Of a stretch of 64,000 nt of DNA, positions 19,741 to 30,574 are shown one piece after another. The DNA is from Trueperaceae bacterium. Its GTDB lineage: Bacteria > Deinococcota > Deinococci > Deinococcales > Trueperaceae. The translations under genes and the position numbers were made by a program. Below the pieces are notes generated by a model. The model did no database searches, was not told the DNA's origin, and saw only the letters and a program-made list of their open reading frames with translations. How positions within the stretch are numbered: position 1 is the first letter of the stretch; each line of letters starts with the position of its first letter. The DNA is taken from the NCBI GenBank assembly GCA_965213705.1, contig OZ243913.1, positions 3,200,001 through 3,264,000 on the forward strand. Reading direction: 5' to 3'.

Positions 19741-19841
19741 TCAGCTAATCCATGGTGAATTTGCAGAATGCTTAGTTGGTCTATCCGTACTCGCTCCACT
19801 CGGGGGAATTTGCAGGAGCAAATTCCCCCTGGAGATACTTA
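19741..19841 (-). mobile_element. 101-bp MITE-like/non-coding repeat, copy B
   Basis: Reverse complement aligns end to end with 9820-9920. Confidence 0.7.
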
Positions 19842-19940
19842 GTTGCAAACCAGAACGCTCACACCCAAATGACTTTACGCCGAAGCTTCTGAGGAGTTCC
19901 CGAGTACTCACGCAGAAAGTCTCGAGGAAAACCCCTCGAG

Positions 19941-22265
19941 TCAATTCATCACCCTCTGCAAACTCGGACTCTCCAACCGCTCCAACAACGCCTCCGCCAA
20001 CCTCAGCGCCATGAGTTTGTCCAAGTGCTGGTTGCCGTTCCCGCACTTGGGGCTCAGCACGCAGCGCGGGCAGCCGGTTTTGCACTCGCAATCACGGAGC
20101 AGGTCGCGCGCCGCCCCCAACCAATCCGGAAACAGCGACGCGCCCGCTCGAGCGTAGCCCACGCCGCCGGGGTAGCCGTCGTAAATAAAAATCAGCGGCT
20201 CGCTCGTCGGGGGGTACACCGGGTAACTCACGCCGCCCACGTCGGCGCGTTCACACAGGACGAACACCGGCAGCAGGCCGATGAGGGTGTGCTCGAGGGC
20301 GTGCATGGCGCTGGGCAGGTCGGTCGCCGGAACTGCACCCGCCGCCTCGCGCACGCCGAGCCACAGGGCCTGGGTTGTGTAGGCGGTTTGCGGCAGGTCG
20401 AGGGGGATTTCGTCCAAAACCGCCTCGCTGTAATAGCGTTTTTTCACGAAGCTCGAGACCTCGACCGACACGCGGACGCGGCCCACGTTGACGCCGTAAA
20501 CCTCGAACTCGCGCGCCAAGATTTCGATGTCGGTCGCGGAGCGCGTCTGGGTGTAGTAGTCGCCGAAGTGCGGCAGCAGCACGGCGACGCCCTCTTGCAA
20601 GTTCAGGTCGGCGACGAGGTAAGTTTCGCCCGCCTGCAGGTACACCGCGCCGGTGTGGAGTTCGCGGAGCGCCGTGGCCCGGTCGCTCACGCCGACGGTT
20701 TTGCCGAAGCCGTCTTTGAGGACGACGCGCTTGCCGCCCGTCCCGCGCACGGCCACGTGGCGGTGCGGGTAGCGGCCGTAGTAGTGCCAGGTGCGCTCGC
20801 GCTTGACGAGCTTGCTGCTGCGTTGAGGCTCGAGCCACTCCGCCACGTAGCCTTCGGCCTCCACGACGGGTTTTTCGGCCGCCGCGCAAGCGACGTGGAG
20901 CGGGTGCAGCTCGGTGTTGAAGGCGTCGGCGACGGCCCGTTCAACCTTGCCCTCGGTGATGAGGTCGGGATGCGTGAGGTAATACTCGTCGAGCGGGTCG
21001 TTGCCCGCGATGAGGAGGGTCAGCGCGCGCGTGTCGCCCCGCCCGGCCCGCCCAGCGCGTTGCCACAGCGCGGTCAGCGAGCCCGGATACCCGACCAGCA
21101 CCACCGCGTCCACCCCGCCGATGTCCACCCCGAGCTCGAGCGCGCTCGTCGCGGTGAGCACGCGGATGTCGCCCCTTTTGAAACCCTGCTCGAGCGCGCG
21201 TCTGTCCTCCGGGGTGTAGCCCGCCCGGTAACTTTGCAGCAGGGCGGCCTCGTCGTCGCCCAAGTAGCCGCTCGCGTACCGCTTCAAGAGTTCCGCCGAC
21301 TTTCTCGAGTTGCAAAAAAAGATGCTCTTCAAACCCGCCCGGACGAACTGCGCCGCTAGCAGCGCCGCCTCGGTGTTGGGGCTGCGCCGCCGCCCGTCTT
21401 CCGAGAGAAGCGGCGGTTGCCAGAAGACGAGTTCGCGCGCGGCGCGCGGGCCGTAGTCCTCGCGCACCGCGCTGAAGGGGACGCCACACAGGTTTTCGGC
21501 GTGCTCGGCCGGGTTGGCGATGGTCGCGCTCGCCGCGATAATTTGCGGCGTCGCGCCGTAGTGCCGCGCCAAGCGCAGCAGCCGCCGCAGGATGTTCGCC
21601 ACGTGCGTGCCCATCACGCCGCGGTAGCTGTGGAGTTCGTCGACGACGACGTAGCGCAAGCGCCCTAAAAACCGCGCCCACTTGTCGTGAAACGGCAAAA
21701 GACCGTAGTGGAGCATGTCGGGGTTGGTGAACAGGCACCTCGCTCCGTCACGAACGCCCGCACGTTTGGCGGTGGGCGTGTCGCCGTCGTAGCTCGCGAC
21801 GAGGTGGGACACTCCGAAGGGCTCGGCGAGGGTGGCGAGCTTCTCGAGCTGGTCGTGCGCCAGCGCTTTGGTGGGGAACAGGTACAGCGCCGCGCCGCCC
21901 TCTTGCAGCGCGTGGACCGTCGGCACTTGGTAGCTGAGCGACTTGCCCGACGCGGTCGGCGTGGCGACGACGAGGTCGTGGCCCGCCTCGATAAAGGTCA
22001 GCGCTTCGGCCTGGTGGCGGTAAGGCGTGATGTTGAGGGCCTCGAGGATGCTTTTGAAACGCCCTTCATACTGGACCGTTTCACCCTCGGCACGTGCTGG
22101 AAAATAGCTGAATGCGGCGATTTGACCCTCGTACAGCTCGAGGCTTTTGAGCCATTCGTGGTAACTTGTGGTCTCGCCCAACGCGGCCGGCACCTTGTCA
22201 GCCGTCTCCGCGGCCTCGTTTCCTGCAGCCTCGACCTCAGCCTCAACTTTGACTGTCTCGAGCAT
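19941..22265 (-). CDS. SF2 DEAD/DEAH helicase with DUF1998 (MrfA/Hrq1-like)
   Basis: PTASGKS, PTKALA, DELH, SAT, QRAGRAGR, IYDGYPGGVG, CEC..GCPRC. Confidence 0.93.
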   Translation of the reverse strand: MLETVKVEAEVEAAGNEAAETADKVPAALGETTSYHEWLKSLELYEGQIAAFSYFPARAEGETVQYEGRFKSILEALNITPYRHQAEALTFIEAGHDLVVATPTASGKSLSYQVPTVHALQEGGAALYLFPTKALAHDQLEKLATLAEPFGVSHLVASYDGDTPTAKRAGVRDGARCLFTNPDMLHYGLLPFHDKWARFLGRLRYVVVDELHSYRGVMGTHVANILRRLLRLARHYGATPQIIAASATIANPAEHAENLCGVPFSAVREDYGPRAARELVFWQPPLLSEDGRRRSPNTEAALLAAQFVRAGLKSIFFCNSRKSAELLKRYASGYLGDDEAALLQSYRAGYTPEDRRALEQGFKRGDIRVLTATSALELGVDIGGVDAVVLVGYPGSLTALWQRAGRAGRGDTRALTLLIAGNDPLDEYYLTHPDLITEGKVERAVADAFNTELHPLHVACAAAEKPVVEAEGYVAEWLEPQRSSKLVKRERTWHYYGRYPHRHVAVRGTGGKRVVLKDGFGKTVGVSDRATALRELHTGAVYLQAGETYLVADLNLQEGVAVLLPHFGDYYTQTRSATDIEILAREFEVYGVNVGRVRVSVEVSSFVKKRYYSEAVLDEIPLDLPQTAYTTQALWLGVREAAGAVPATDLPSAMHALEHTLIGLLPVFVLCERADVGGVSYPVYPPTSEPLIFIYDGYPGGVGYARAGASLFPDWLGAARDLLRDCECKTGCPRCVLSPKCGNGNQHLDKLMALRLAEALLERLESPSLQRVMN

Positions 22266-22398
22266 GCCTCCAGCCTAGCCCGAACGCTGTCGGCGCGTGT
22301 CGCCTTGCCTTGGGTTCCGGGTGAAAATAGTTGCGGCGCAAGCTGCAAACCCGCAAGGTAGGCGTGCTACACTTTGAAAGATTTCACACCTCTGGAAG

Positions 22399-23625
22399 GT
22401 GGCCTCATCCGTGCTGACCTTGTTTCTCGTTCTTCTCTACGCCCTGGTGCTTCCTTACATCGGTTTGATGCTGATGGTCGTGGTGGGCATGACCCGCGTC
22501 AAGCGCCGCCCCTACAGCGCGGCGACGCCGCCGGTCAGCGTGATTATTCCCGCCCACAACGAAGAAGACAAGCTGGCGGCGACGCTTGCGTCCTTAAACC
22601 GGCAAGTTTACGAGGGCAATTTGGAGTTCGTCATCGTCAACGACCGCTCCACGGACGCGACCGAAACCATCATTCGAGACTTTGTAAAGCGGGACGGCCG
22701 TTTCAAACTCGTCAACGTGGCTTTTCCCAGTCGCCGTTTAGCCCCCAAGGTCAACGCGGTCAATACCGGTATCAAAAATTCTACCGGTGAGATTATTTTG
22801 GCGAGCGACGCGGACTGCGAGTACCCCGCGGGCTGGGTGGCTGGGATGGTTTCGCACTTTGAGCCCGACGTGGCGATGGTGGTCGGCTACGTCGAGACGA
22901 CGCGGGCTTACGGCGCGAAAAACTGGACGCAGCGCTTCGAGTCGGCGGACTGGTTCACGCTGATTCTCACCTCACGGTCACTGACGCATTTCGGTTGGAA
23001 GTTCGCTTCAAGCGCCAACAACCAAGCTTACCGCCGCAGCGCCTTTACGGCCATCGGCGGGTTCGGCGCGTCGGGCCGCGCGCCGAGCGGCGACGAAGAC
23101 TTGCTCACCCAGCGCATGGGCCGCTTGCCGGGGATGCGTGTCGTTTTTGCCAGCAGCGAAGACGTGCGCGTGCTCACCCAACCGGTGCCGTCCCTGCTCG
23201 CCCTGCTGCGCCAGCGGCGGCGCTGGGTGTCGCGCTACCAACACGTCGTCCACTACCACCCGGCCTTTTTGGCGAGCATCGCCACGCTTGGGTTTCAGAG
23301 TATTTTACTGTCGCTGGGCGCGCTGCTGTCGCTTCTCATCCCGGCCCTCGCCCCTTGGGTGTTGGGGCTGTGGGCGCTCAAGTTCGCGGTCGAATTTTAC
23401 GGGATGTACCTTGGCACGAAACAGTTGGGCCGCCCCGACCTGTGGGGGTTCACCACGGTCGTTTGGGCCTTTTTTCACCCTTTTTTTATCGCCACGGTGG
23501 CGCTGTGGTCGTTTTTCAAACCCGGCGCGTGGTACGCCGGAGCCGCCAGCTACCGCCGCCGCTTTTTCAAGCGAAGGTTGCGCGAGTTCGGGCGCAGGGT
23601 CAGGAACTCGCTGGCAGGGTTTTAG
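22399..23625 (+). CDS. GT2 membrane glycosyltransferase
   Basis: VSVIIPAHNEE, NDRSTD, DAD, GDED, QRRRW; N- and C-terminal TMs. Confidence 0.9.
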   Translation: MASSVLTLFLVLLYALVLPYIGLMLMVVVGMTRVKRRPYSAATPPVSVIIPAHNEEDKLAATLASLNRQVYEGNLEFVIVNDRSTDATETIIRDFVKRDGRFKLVNVAFPSRRLAPKVNAVNTGIKNSTGEIILASDADCEYPAGWVAGMVSHFEPDVAMVVGYVETTRAYGAKNWTQRFESADWFTLILTSRSLTHFGWKFASSANNQAYRRSAFTAIGGFGASGRAPSGDEDLLTQRMGRLPGMRVVFASSEDVRVLTQPVPSLLALLRQRRRWVSRYQHVVHYHPAFLASIATLGFQSILLSLGALLSLLIPALAPWVLGLWALKFAVEFYGMYLGTKQLGRPDLWGFTTVVWAFFHPFFIATVALWSFFKPGAWYAGAASYRRRFFKRRLREFGRRVRNSLAGF

Positions 23626-23645
23626 GGTAGCAGGATTTTAAGAGA

Positions 23646-23687
23646 CAAGGACTGAGGGGAAAAACCCTTCAGTCCTTGCTACTTTTT
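23646..23687. terminator. Terminator hairpin between convergent genes
   Basis: CAAGGACTGAGGGG / CCCTTCAGTCCTTG stem with a downstream T-run. Confidence 0.7.
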
Positions 23688-23744
23688 GCTTTACGAAGAC
23701 TCAGCCGAGTCAGTTTCTACTGCAGGGACTGAGGGATTTGAGAA

Positions 23745-24737
<993 letters not shown>

Positions 24738-25123
24738 GACGCTCGAGCTAAAAATGCCTTTTATCTATGCTTACCCCAGGATTACCTCTACATATACACC
24801 CGGCCCTAAAGCGGGCCGTCCAGAAATTTCACAGTTGCGAAAGTAAGATTGACCACAGGCACGAACATAGAAGTGTTTTGCCAGGCGGCTCGAGCAGCGT
24901 CAGGCGCAAACTCACGCGGTCCCCCGTGCTAAGCTGAACCACTAGTTGAGAGCCGTTGAGGGGGAAGGTTATGACAGGGTTTTTTGGGCAGGCGCTTAAA
25001 GACGACCAGTTCGGCACCGGCCCGCTCACGCCTCCTCGTTCCGCGGTTGAGTTTGCACCGCATCAGAGAAAGCTCGGCGCTTAAAACGCGAGACCCGGCC
25101 TCCGACGAGGGCCCGTTTGACCT

Positions 25124-26269
25124 ATGCGCATCGCCCTTTTCACCGAAACGTTTCTACCCAAAATCGACGGCGTCGTCACGCGCATCACGCGCACGCTGGA
25201 CGAACTCAAAGAACTCGGCCATGAAGTCTTGGTTTTCGCGCCGCACAACCCGCCGCCGGAGTACAGGGGGTTTCGGGTGGTGCAGGTGCCCGCGCTCCCT
25301 TTCAAACCCTGGTATCCGGAACTGTTTTTGGGTTTGCCGCGCCCGCGCTTGGGCCGCGAATTGGACCGCTTTGCGCCGGACCTCGTCCACGTCGTCAACC
25401 CGGTGATTTTGGGGCTGTGGGGCACGGCGATTGCCAAACAGCGCAACTTACCGCTGTTGGCGAGCTACCACACCGACATCACGCAGTACGCCGTCCACCT
25501 CAAGCTGCCGCTCTTGGGCATGGTGTCGCGCGGTTTTCTGCGCGACGTTCACAACCAGGCGCACGTCAACCTCTGCACCAGTCAGCCGATGGTCAATTCG
25601 GCGCGGGGTTTGGGCATCCGGCGGGTGCGGCTATGGCCTAAGGCGGTGGACACGGACATGTACCATCCCGGCAACACCTCCCAAGCGATGCGCGAACGCC
25701 TCTCAGACGGCCACCCCGAAGCCCCGCTGATGATTTACGTGGGGCGGTTGTCACATGAAAAGCGGCTCGAGTGGCTGTACGCGCCGGTCACACAGTTGGA
25801 GGGCGTTCGCCTCGCGCTCGTCGGCTCAGGCCCGGCGGAGGCTTACCTCAAAGAGCGTTTTCAGGGCACGAACACGGTGTTTATGGGTTACATGTCGGGC
25901 CAAGCGCTGGCCGAAGCCTACGCGAGCGCGGACGTGTTCGCGTTTCCCAGCGACACCGAAACGCTCGGCTTCGTGGCGATGGAGGCGATGGCCTCGGGCG
26001 TGCCCGCGGTCGGCGCGCGGGCGGGCGGCATTCCCGACGTGATTCGCCACGGCGAGAACGGCTTTATGTTTACGCCCGGCGACCTGGGCGAGTTCAGCGA
26101 ACAGCTCGGTAAGCTTCTTTTCGACGAAAGCTTGCGCGCCAAGCTCGGTCGGCAGGCCAGAAAAGACATGGAGGGTCTGGGCTGGCCTGCGGCGACCGAA
26201 AAGTTGCTCGAGTACTACGCCCTCGCCCGCACCATCCACCGCCGCTACGACCCGCCAAGTGTCTACTGA
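25124..26269 (+). CDS. GT4 glycosyltransferase (SqdX/MgtA-like)
   Basis: MRIALFTETFLPKIDG, SYHT, YVGRLS.EK, ETLGFVAMEAMASG. Confidence 0.9.
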   Translation: MRIALFTETFLPKIDGVVTRITRTLDELKELGHEVLVFAPHNPPPEYRGFRVVQVPALPFKPWYPELFLGLPRPRLGRELDRFAPDLVHVVNPVILGLWGTAIAKQRNLPLLASYHTDITQYAVHLKLPLLGMVSRGFLRDVHNQAHVNLCTSQPMVNSARGLGIRRVRLWPKAVDTDMYHPGNTSQAMRERLSDGHPEAPLMIYVGRLSHEKRLEWLYAPVTQLEGVRLALVGSGPAEAYLKERFQGTNTVFMGYMSGQALAEAYASADVFAFPSDTETLGFVAMEAMASGVPAVGARAGGIPDVIRHGENGFMFTPGDLGEFSEQLGKLLFDESLRAKLGRQARKDMEGLGWPAATEKLLEYYALARTIHRRYDPPSVY

Positions 26270-26601
26270 GGCGCGTGTACTGAGGGAGGACAAAGGGGAA
26301 ATTCGGGGTTGGTCACGCCGTACTTGGGACGCTCGAGGTTGTTTCAGTTTGACGCGGAAGTGATTTAAGAACCTGGCTGTGACAAAAGACGGTGCGGCGT
26401 GAGTAGGACCGCTTTGTTGTAGAACGGCCCATCCTGCACATTAACCATAAAGCCCTTTTTTGCTGCCCAACGTCAAAAGTTGAAAAATCAGTCGCGCGAA
26501 CGGTGTAAAGTTTGGTGGACGACCCGACAAACTTAGCGAAGTCCGGGCAGGCGTTGGCTGACGAAGGCCAGCAGGTTGGTCCGCTAGACCCCCTAAAGGA
26601 T

Positions 26602-27540
26602 TCACCGAATGAACGCCGTGCGGTGCTCCTGCAAAAACTCGTCCACCGTGCGCGGATAACGGCCGAGGACCTTTTGCATCTCGCCCGTCGGCCGCTCTGG
26701 AACCTGCACGGCGAGTTCTTCTAGCTCAACGACGTGCCGCGCCAACCACGCAGGCAGCTTGGCCTGGGTTAGGAGCATCTGGTAGTGCTCAGCTCGAGAG
26801 AGATTTTTGTACCCAACCTCCGCGCAAGTGACGAGCGAGAGGCGAGCGGCCATGTCCTCGTTTGTGACGGCCTCAGGGCCGGTGAGGGTGATCGCGCCCT
26901 TTGGCAGGGGTATATCGCCCAACAAAAGGCGCACCGCGACCGAGGCGACGTCACGGCAGTCTACGTAGTTGCGAGGGGCCGAACCTGCCGAGCCGACAAC
27001 CATACCAGAGCGGCTGATCTCGTACGCGTTACGGAGCCAGTTCTGCATAAACGAGTAGGGGCGCAAACAGCAGTGCTCGAGCCCACTGGCGTCAAGTTTC
27101 GCCTCAATCTCGCGGTGCCAGTTCGCGACCTCCACGTTTGCGGGCTCAGCGACCACGGGGGCGGAAAGTTTGATAACGCGGCGCACGCCAGCCTGCCGCG
27201 CCGCTTCTACCGCAGTTGACTCGGTTCGCACCTGTTCGGGGTGGGTACCGACGAGGAGAAAAAGCGCGTCCGCGCCAGCGAACGCGCGGCGGAGCCCCGC
27301 CACGGACCCGTGATCGACGCTTACGTAGCCCACACGCGCGGGTTCGTCCTAATGAGGCGCGGGGTAGCGCCGGTCGGGGTGGCGGAGAAGGCCCCTGACG
27401 GCGCAATCACGTTTTGCCAGCCCTCGCATAACCTCGGTGCCCACCGCGCCGGTGCAGCCGAGCACGGCGATGAGAGGGGAGCGCGGCGAAGAGGTTACGG
27501 AGTCTATGGAGTCTACGGTCATCTTGGTTAGCTCGAGCAT
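26602..27540 (-). pseudogene. NmrA-family NAD(P)-binding protein interrupted by one in-frame TAG (27349-27351)
   Basis: GCTGAVG Rossmann part and the C-terminal ORF share a frame: ..YPAPH*DEPARVGYVSVD.. Confidence 0.8.
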
Positions 27541-27541
27541 C

Positions 27542-27787
27542 TCAGCGTGACCCTTGGTCTTGTATCTGGAGAAGACGCCGCAACACCTTCTCGGTCAGCG
27601 GGATCGCCAAGACGGAAATGGGAATAGAGATGGCGAACGCCGTCGCAAAACTCCACAACCACATGGTGAAGAACCCCTCGGCAAAGCCGACGTTGACGAG
27701 CAGCAGGAGCAGGGACATGAAAACCGACATCATAAACCCCACCGCGATGCTCATCGCAACACCGAAAACTTGTTTGCTCACTTTCAT
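27542..27787 (-). CDS. DUF2798-like small membrane protein
   Basis: MSVFMS..GF..GF...WL.SF..AF pattern; AAGGAG RBS. Confidence 0.75.
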   Translation of the reverse strand: MKVSKQVFGVAMSIAVGFMMSVFMSLLLLLVNVGFAEGFFTMWLWSFATAFAISIPISVLAIPLTEKVLRRLLQIQDQGSR

Positions 27788-27817
27788 AACACTCTCCTTT
27801 ATAGATTTGTTGATACG

Positions 27818-27837
27818 AAACTTGTCGTTACAAGTTT
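27818..27837. promoter_or_regulatory. Candidate MarR operator
   Basis: Palindrome AAACTTGT-CGTT-ACAAGTTT in an AT-rich spacer downstream of marR. Confidence 0.6.
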
Positions 27838-27850
27838 TATGCTAAAAAAA

Positions 27851-28303
27851 TTAGTCTCGCAGTTTGTCCAAAAGTTCGTTTAGCTGCCTAGCCTCCTCTT
27901 TTGATAAGTTTTTCCTCCTGTCTCGCTCTACCGACAGCTTGGCGTCCATCTCTTTCAGCCGCTCCTCTCCACATTCGCTTAAAGTGACGTTCACGACTCT
28001 TCTGTTTTCGGGGTTCACCTCCCTGACAACCAGTCCCATGTCGTTTAGCTTGTCGAGCAGCCGCGTCAGGTCGCCCCTTTTGTTCAACAGAGCTTTTTTA
28101 ATCGCGCCAACCGCGAGCGGTTCCGGGTGGTGGTCCTGTAGCGTCTTGAGGATGTTGTAGTGCTGGTCGTTGATCCCGAACGCTTTAAGAACCGTCTGGG
28201 TCTTTTCCAGAAAAACGTTATAGGTATAGGCCAGGTTTACGATGGCCTTGTGGCGTTCGTCCTCGAACGGAACGTTTACATTGATCTCCTCCTCCAGCTT
28301 CAT
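27851..28303 (-). CDS. MarR family regulator
   Basis: QHYNILK.L, DLTRLLDKL..GLV.R...ENRRVV winged HTH. Confidence 0.92.
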   Translation of the reverse strand: MKLEEEINVNVPFEDERHKAIVNLAYTYNVFLEKTQTVLKAFGINDQHYNILKTLQDHHPEPLAVGAIKKALLNKRGDLTRLLDKLNDMGLVVREVNPENRRVVNVTLSECGEERLKEMDAKLSVERDRRKNLSKEEARQLNELLDKLRD

Positions 28304-28322
28304 CTTTTGGCGCTCCTCACCG

Positions 28323-28382
28323 ATTTTGTCGTAGAGACAAAATTCGTAATTACATACTACTTACTGCGTTGCGTGCTGTCAA
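28323..28382 (-). promoter_or_regulatory. marR promoter and autoregulatory palindrome
   Basis: TTGACA(28382-28377)-17 bp-TAGTAT(28359-28354); ATTTTGTC-GTAGA-GACAAAAT at 28323-28343. Confidence 0.7.
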
Positions 28383-28484
28383 GTCTGCCTTGACTTCTCA
28401 ACAAACTTGACGAAGGGCCTGGTGACGGCTTCGCTGGGCCAGCCACTTATGCGTGAGACGGGCGCGACTGCCGCAAAGGCACAG

Positions 28485-29177
28485 TCACTCATCGTTCTTT
28501 TTTGAGCCAGGTGCGCTGGATACGTGATTACCCTTCTCCTCTACGAGGTTGTCTGACCACGTTTCCAAGTGTGCGGCGTCGTTGACAACTTCCACGGAAG
28601 TAAATGTCTCCGAAATACGCAGCTTGCTGATGCTGGTGTTCTCTAAACGAAAGCCCCAGCCGCCGGGCTCACCGCGGGCTCTAGGGGCGGGGCGGCCTGT
28701 GAAAAGCTGCAAGACGGCGCTTATCGTGCCGCCATGCGCAAAGGCGATGACGCGGCCCGTTTTGGGCAAACCCTTCAACCAGTCGGCGACGCGGCTCTGC
28801 AGGTCGTCGCTTGACTCGCCGCCGGGGACGGGTTGGTCGTAAGGCCCGGTGAACCACACGACGAACTGCGCCTGTTCGTCTTCGGGGATGTCCTGCCAGA
28901 CTTTACCCTCGAACGCGCCCAAGTTGATTTTGCGCAGGCGTGCGTCCCGGCACAGCTCAGCGTCGGGAAAGACGGTTTTAGCGGTGACGGCGGCCCGTTG
29001 CAAGTCCGAGGTGTAAACCGTGTCGAAGGGCAAGTGTCCGATGCGTTTCGCCAACGCCTCGGCTTGGCGAAGGCCGAGGGCGTTCAGGGGCACGTCGGTG
29101 TCGCCCTGCACGCGGCGGGTGCGGTTCCATTCTGTTTCACCGTGGCGAATCAGCCACAGCTCGAGTTCTTCAGCCAT
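28485..29177 (-). CDS. Histidine phosphatase family protein (copy 3)
   Basis: RHGETEWN, SDLQRA, HGG; LRK where the family has LRE. Confidence 0.88.
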   Translation of the reverse strand: MAEELELWLIRHGETEWNRTRRVQGDTDVPLNALGLRQAEALAKRIGHLPFDTVYTSDLQRAAVTAKTVFPDAELCRDARLRKINLGAFEGKVWQDIPEDEQAQFVVWFTGPYDQPVPGGESSDDLQSRVADWLKGLPKTGRVIAFAHGGTISAVLQLFTGRPAPRARGEPGGWGFRLENTSISKLRISETFTSVEVVNDAAHLETWSDNLVEEKGNHVSSAPGSKKNDE

Positions 29178-29784
29178 CAAAACCCTCCAAATGTGCCGTG
29201 TCGTTCAAGGTGACAACCACCTTCGAAGTACCGCTCAGCCGCAGCCGGGTGATGCCCGTGTTGCCGAACGTCAGGTTCCACTCATACGCTTTTGGGGGGT
29301 CGATGAACGAGAACACCGCCGCCCGAATCGTGCCGCCGTGCGAAAAAGCGATAACCCGCCCACGCTTGGGCAACGAGTCCAGCCAGTCGCCGACGCGCGC
29401 GATAAGCTCGAGCCACGTTTCCCCGCCGTCGGCCCGCCGGTTGAGCGGGTCTTGGTACATCGCTTGACGCATGGCGGTCTCGGCGGGTGTAAATTCGGCG
29501 GTCGTTTTTCCCTCCAACACGCCGTAGCTCAGCTCTCGCAAGCGTTCGTCCAAACACAGGTGTCCGTTTGGAAAAACCACTCGCGCCGTGTCCTGCGCTC
29601 GCGCAGAGTCGGACGAATAAACCCGGTCAAAGGTTTCACCCTGAAGACGCTGCGCCAGAACTTCAGCCTGCCTCAGTCCGAGCGGAGACAGCTGCGAGTT
29701 TTGCTGGCCTTGAATGCGGCGTTCGGCGTTCCAGTCGGTTTCGCCGTGTCTTATCAGCCAAAGGTCCAGGTATTCGTCAGCCAT
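29170..29784 (-). CDS. Histidine phosphatase family protein (copy 2)
   Basis: RHGETDWN, LRE, SHGG. Confidence 0.9.
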   Translation of the reverse strand: MADEYLDLWLIRHGETDWNAERRIQGQQNSQLSPLGLRQAEVLAQRLQGETFDRVYSSDSARAQDTARVVFPNGHLCLDERLRELSYGVLEGKTTAEFTPAETAMRQAMYQDPLNRRADGGETWLELIARVGDWLDSLPKRGRVIAFSHGGTIRAAVFSFIDPPKAYEWNLTFGNTGITRLRLSGTSKVVVTLNDTAHLEGFDG

Positions 29785-29953
29785 GCTTGAAGTCGTCCTC
29801 CCGGTCAACCCTATCACCCAGCGACAACCCGTGAAATAGAAGCGGCAGGGGTTTCCAGGCAGGTCAAAAAATTCCCCGTTCAGTTCGACGAGCGGTCCGA
29901 AACTTAAAACGCCGAAAAACGGTTCTTGAGGGAAGCGTGGGGGTGTCCAAGTT

Positions 29954-30574
29954 TCAAAAACTCCACAGGTCTTCGCGGCCTTTCAGGTGTGCGTGGTCGT
30001 TTAAGAAACTGATAGTCGTGTGGCCTTTTTCGAGTATCAACCGTGAGACGCCGGTGTTGTTGCTGGCGAACGAAAAAGCGGGGCTGTAGCCGACGAGACG
30101 GTGAAGCGCCGCGTGGATGACGCCGCCGTGGGTGAACGCTATGACCTTACCCTGTTCCGGCAAGTCAGCTAACCAAGCACCTACCCGGTCGATAACGTCT
30201 TGAAAGTTTTCACCGCCGGGCGGGCGCTGCACCAGTCGGTCGCCGCGAACGTGGCGCAGCAACGCCCGCTGTTCCTCGGTTCGTTCGGTGTCGGTCGTAC
30301 CCTCCAGCACGCCGCGCCCGATTTCCCGTAGCCGCACGTCTTGGACGAGTTCTCGGTCGGGAAAAACGATTTTCGCGGTGCTCAGGGCGCGCTCGAGATC
30401 GGAACTGTAAACGCAGTCGAAATGCTCAAACTCGAGCCTTTGCGCCAAGCGCCGCGCCTGCTTGACGCCCAACTCGCTCAAGGGATTGTGGCTGTGGCCT
30501 TGAGTGCGGCGTTCCCGGTTCCAGTCGGTTTCGCCGTGGCGGACGAGCCAAAGGTCCAGAAAATCGTCAGCCAT
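29954..30574 (-). CDS. Histidine phosphatase family protein (copy 1)
   Basis: RHGETDWN, SSDLERA, LRE, THGG. Confidence 0.9.
   Translation of the reverse strand: MADDFLDLWLVRHGETDWNRERRTQGHSHNPLSELGVKQARRLAQRLEFEHFDCVYSSDLERALSTAKIVFPDRELVQDVRLREIGRGVLEGTTDTERTEEQRALLRHVRGDRLVQRPPGGENFQDVIDRVGAWLADLPEQGKVIAFTHGGVIHAALHRLVGYSPAFSFASNNTGVSRLILEKGHTTISFLNDHAHLKGREDLWSF

Noticed and set aside
28390..28485. c-di-GMP or other riboswitch upstream of marR
   Set aside because: Only short hairpins are present, consensus elements are missing, and the predicted marR promoter lies downstream of them
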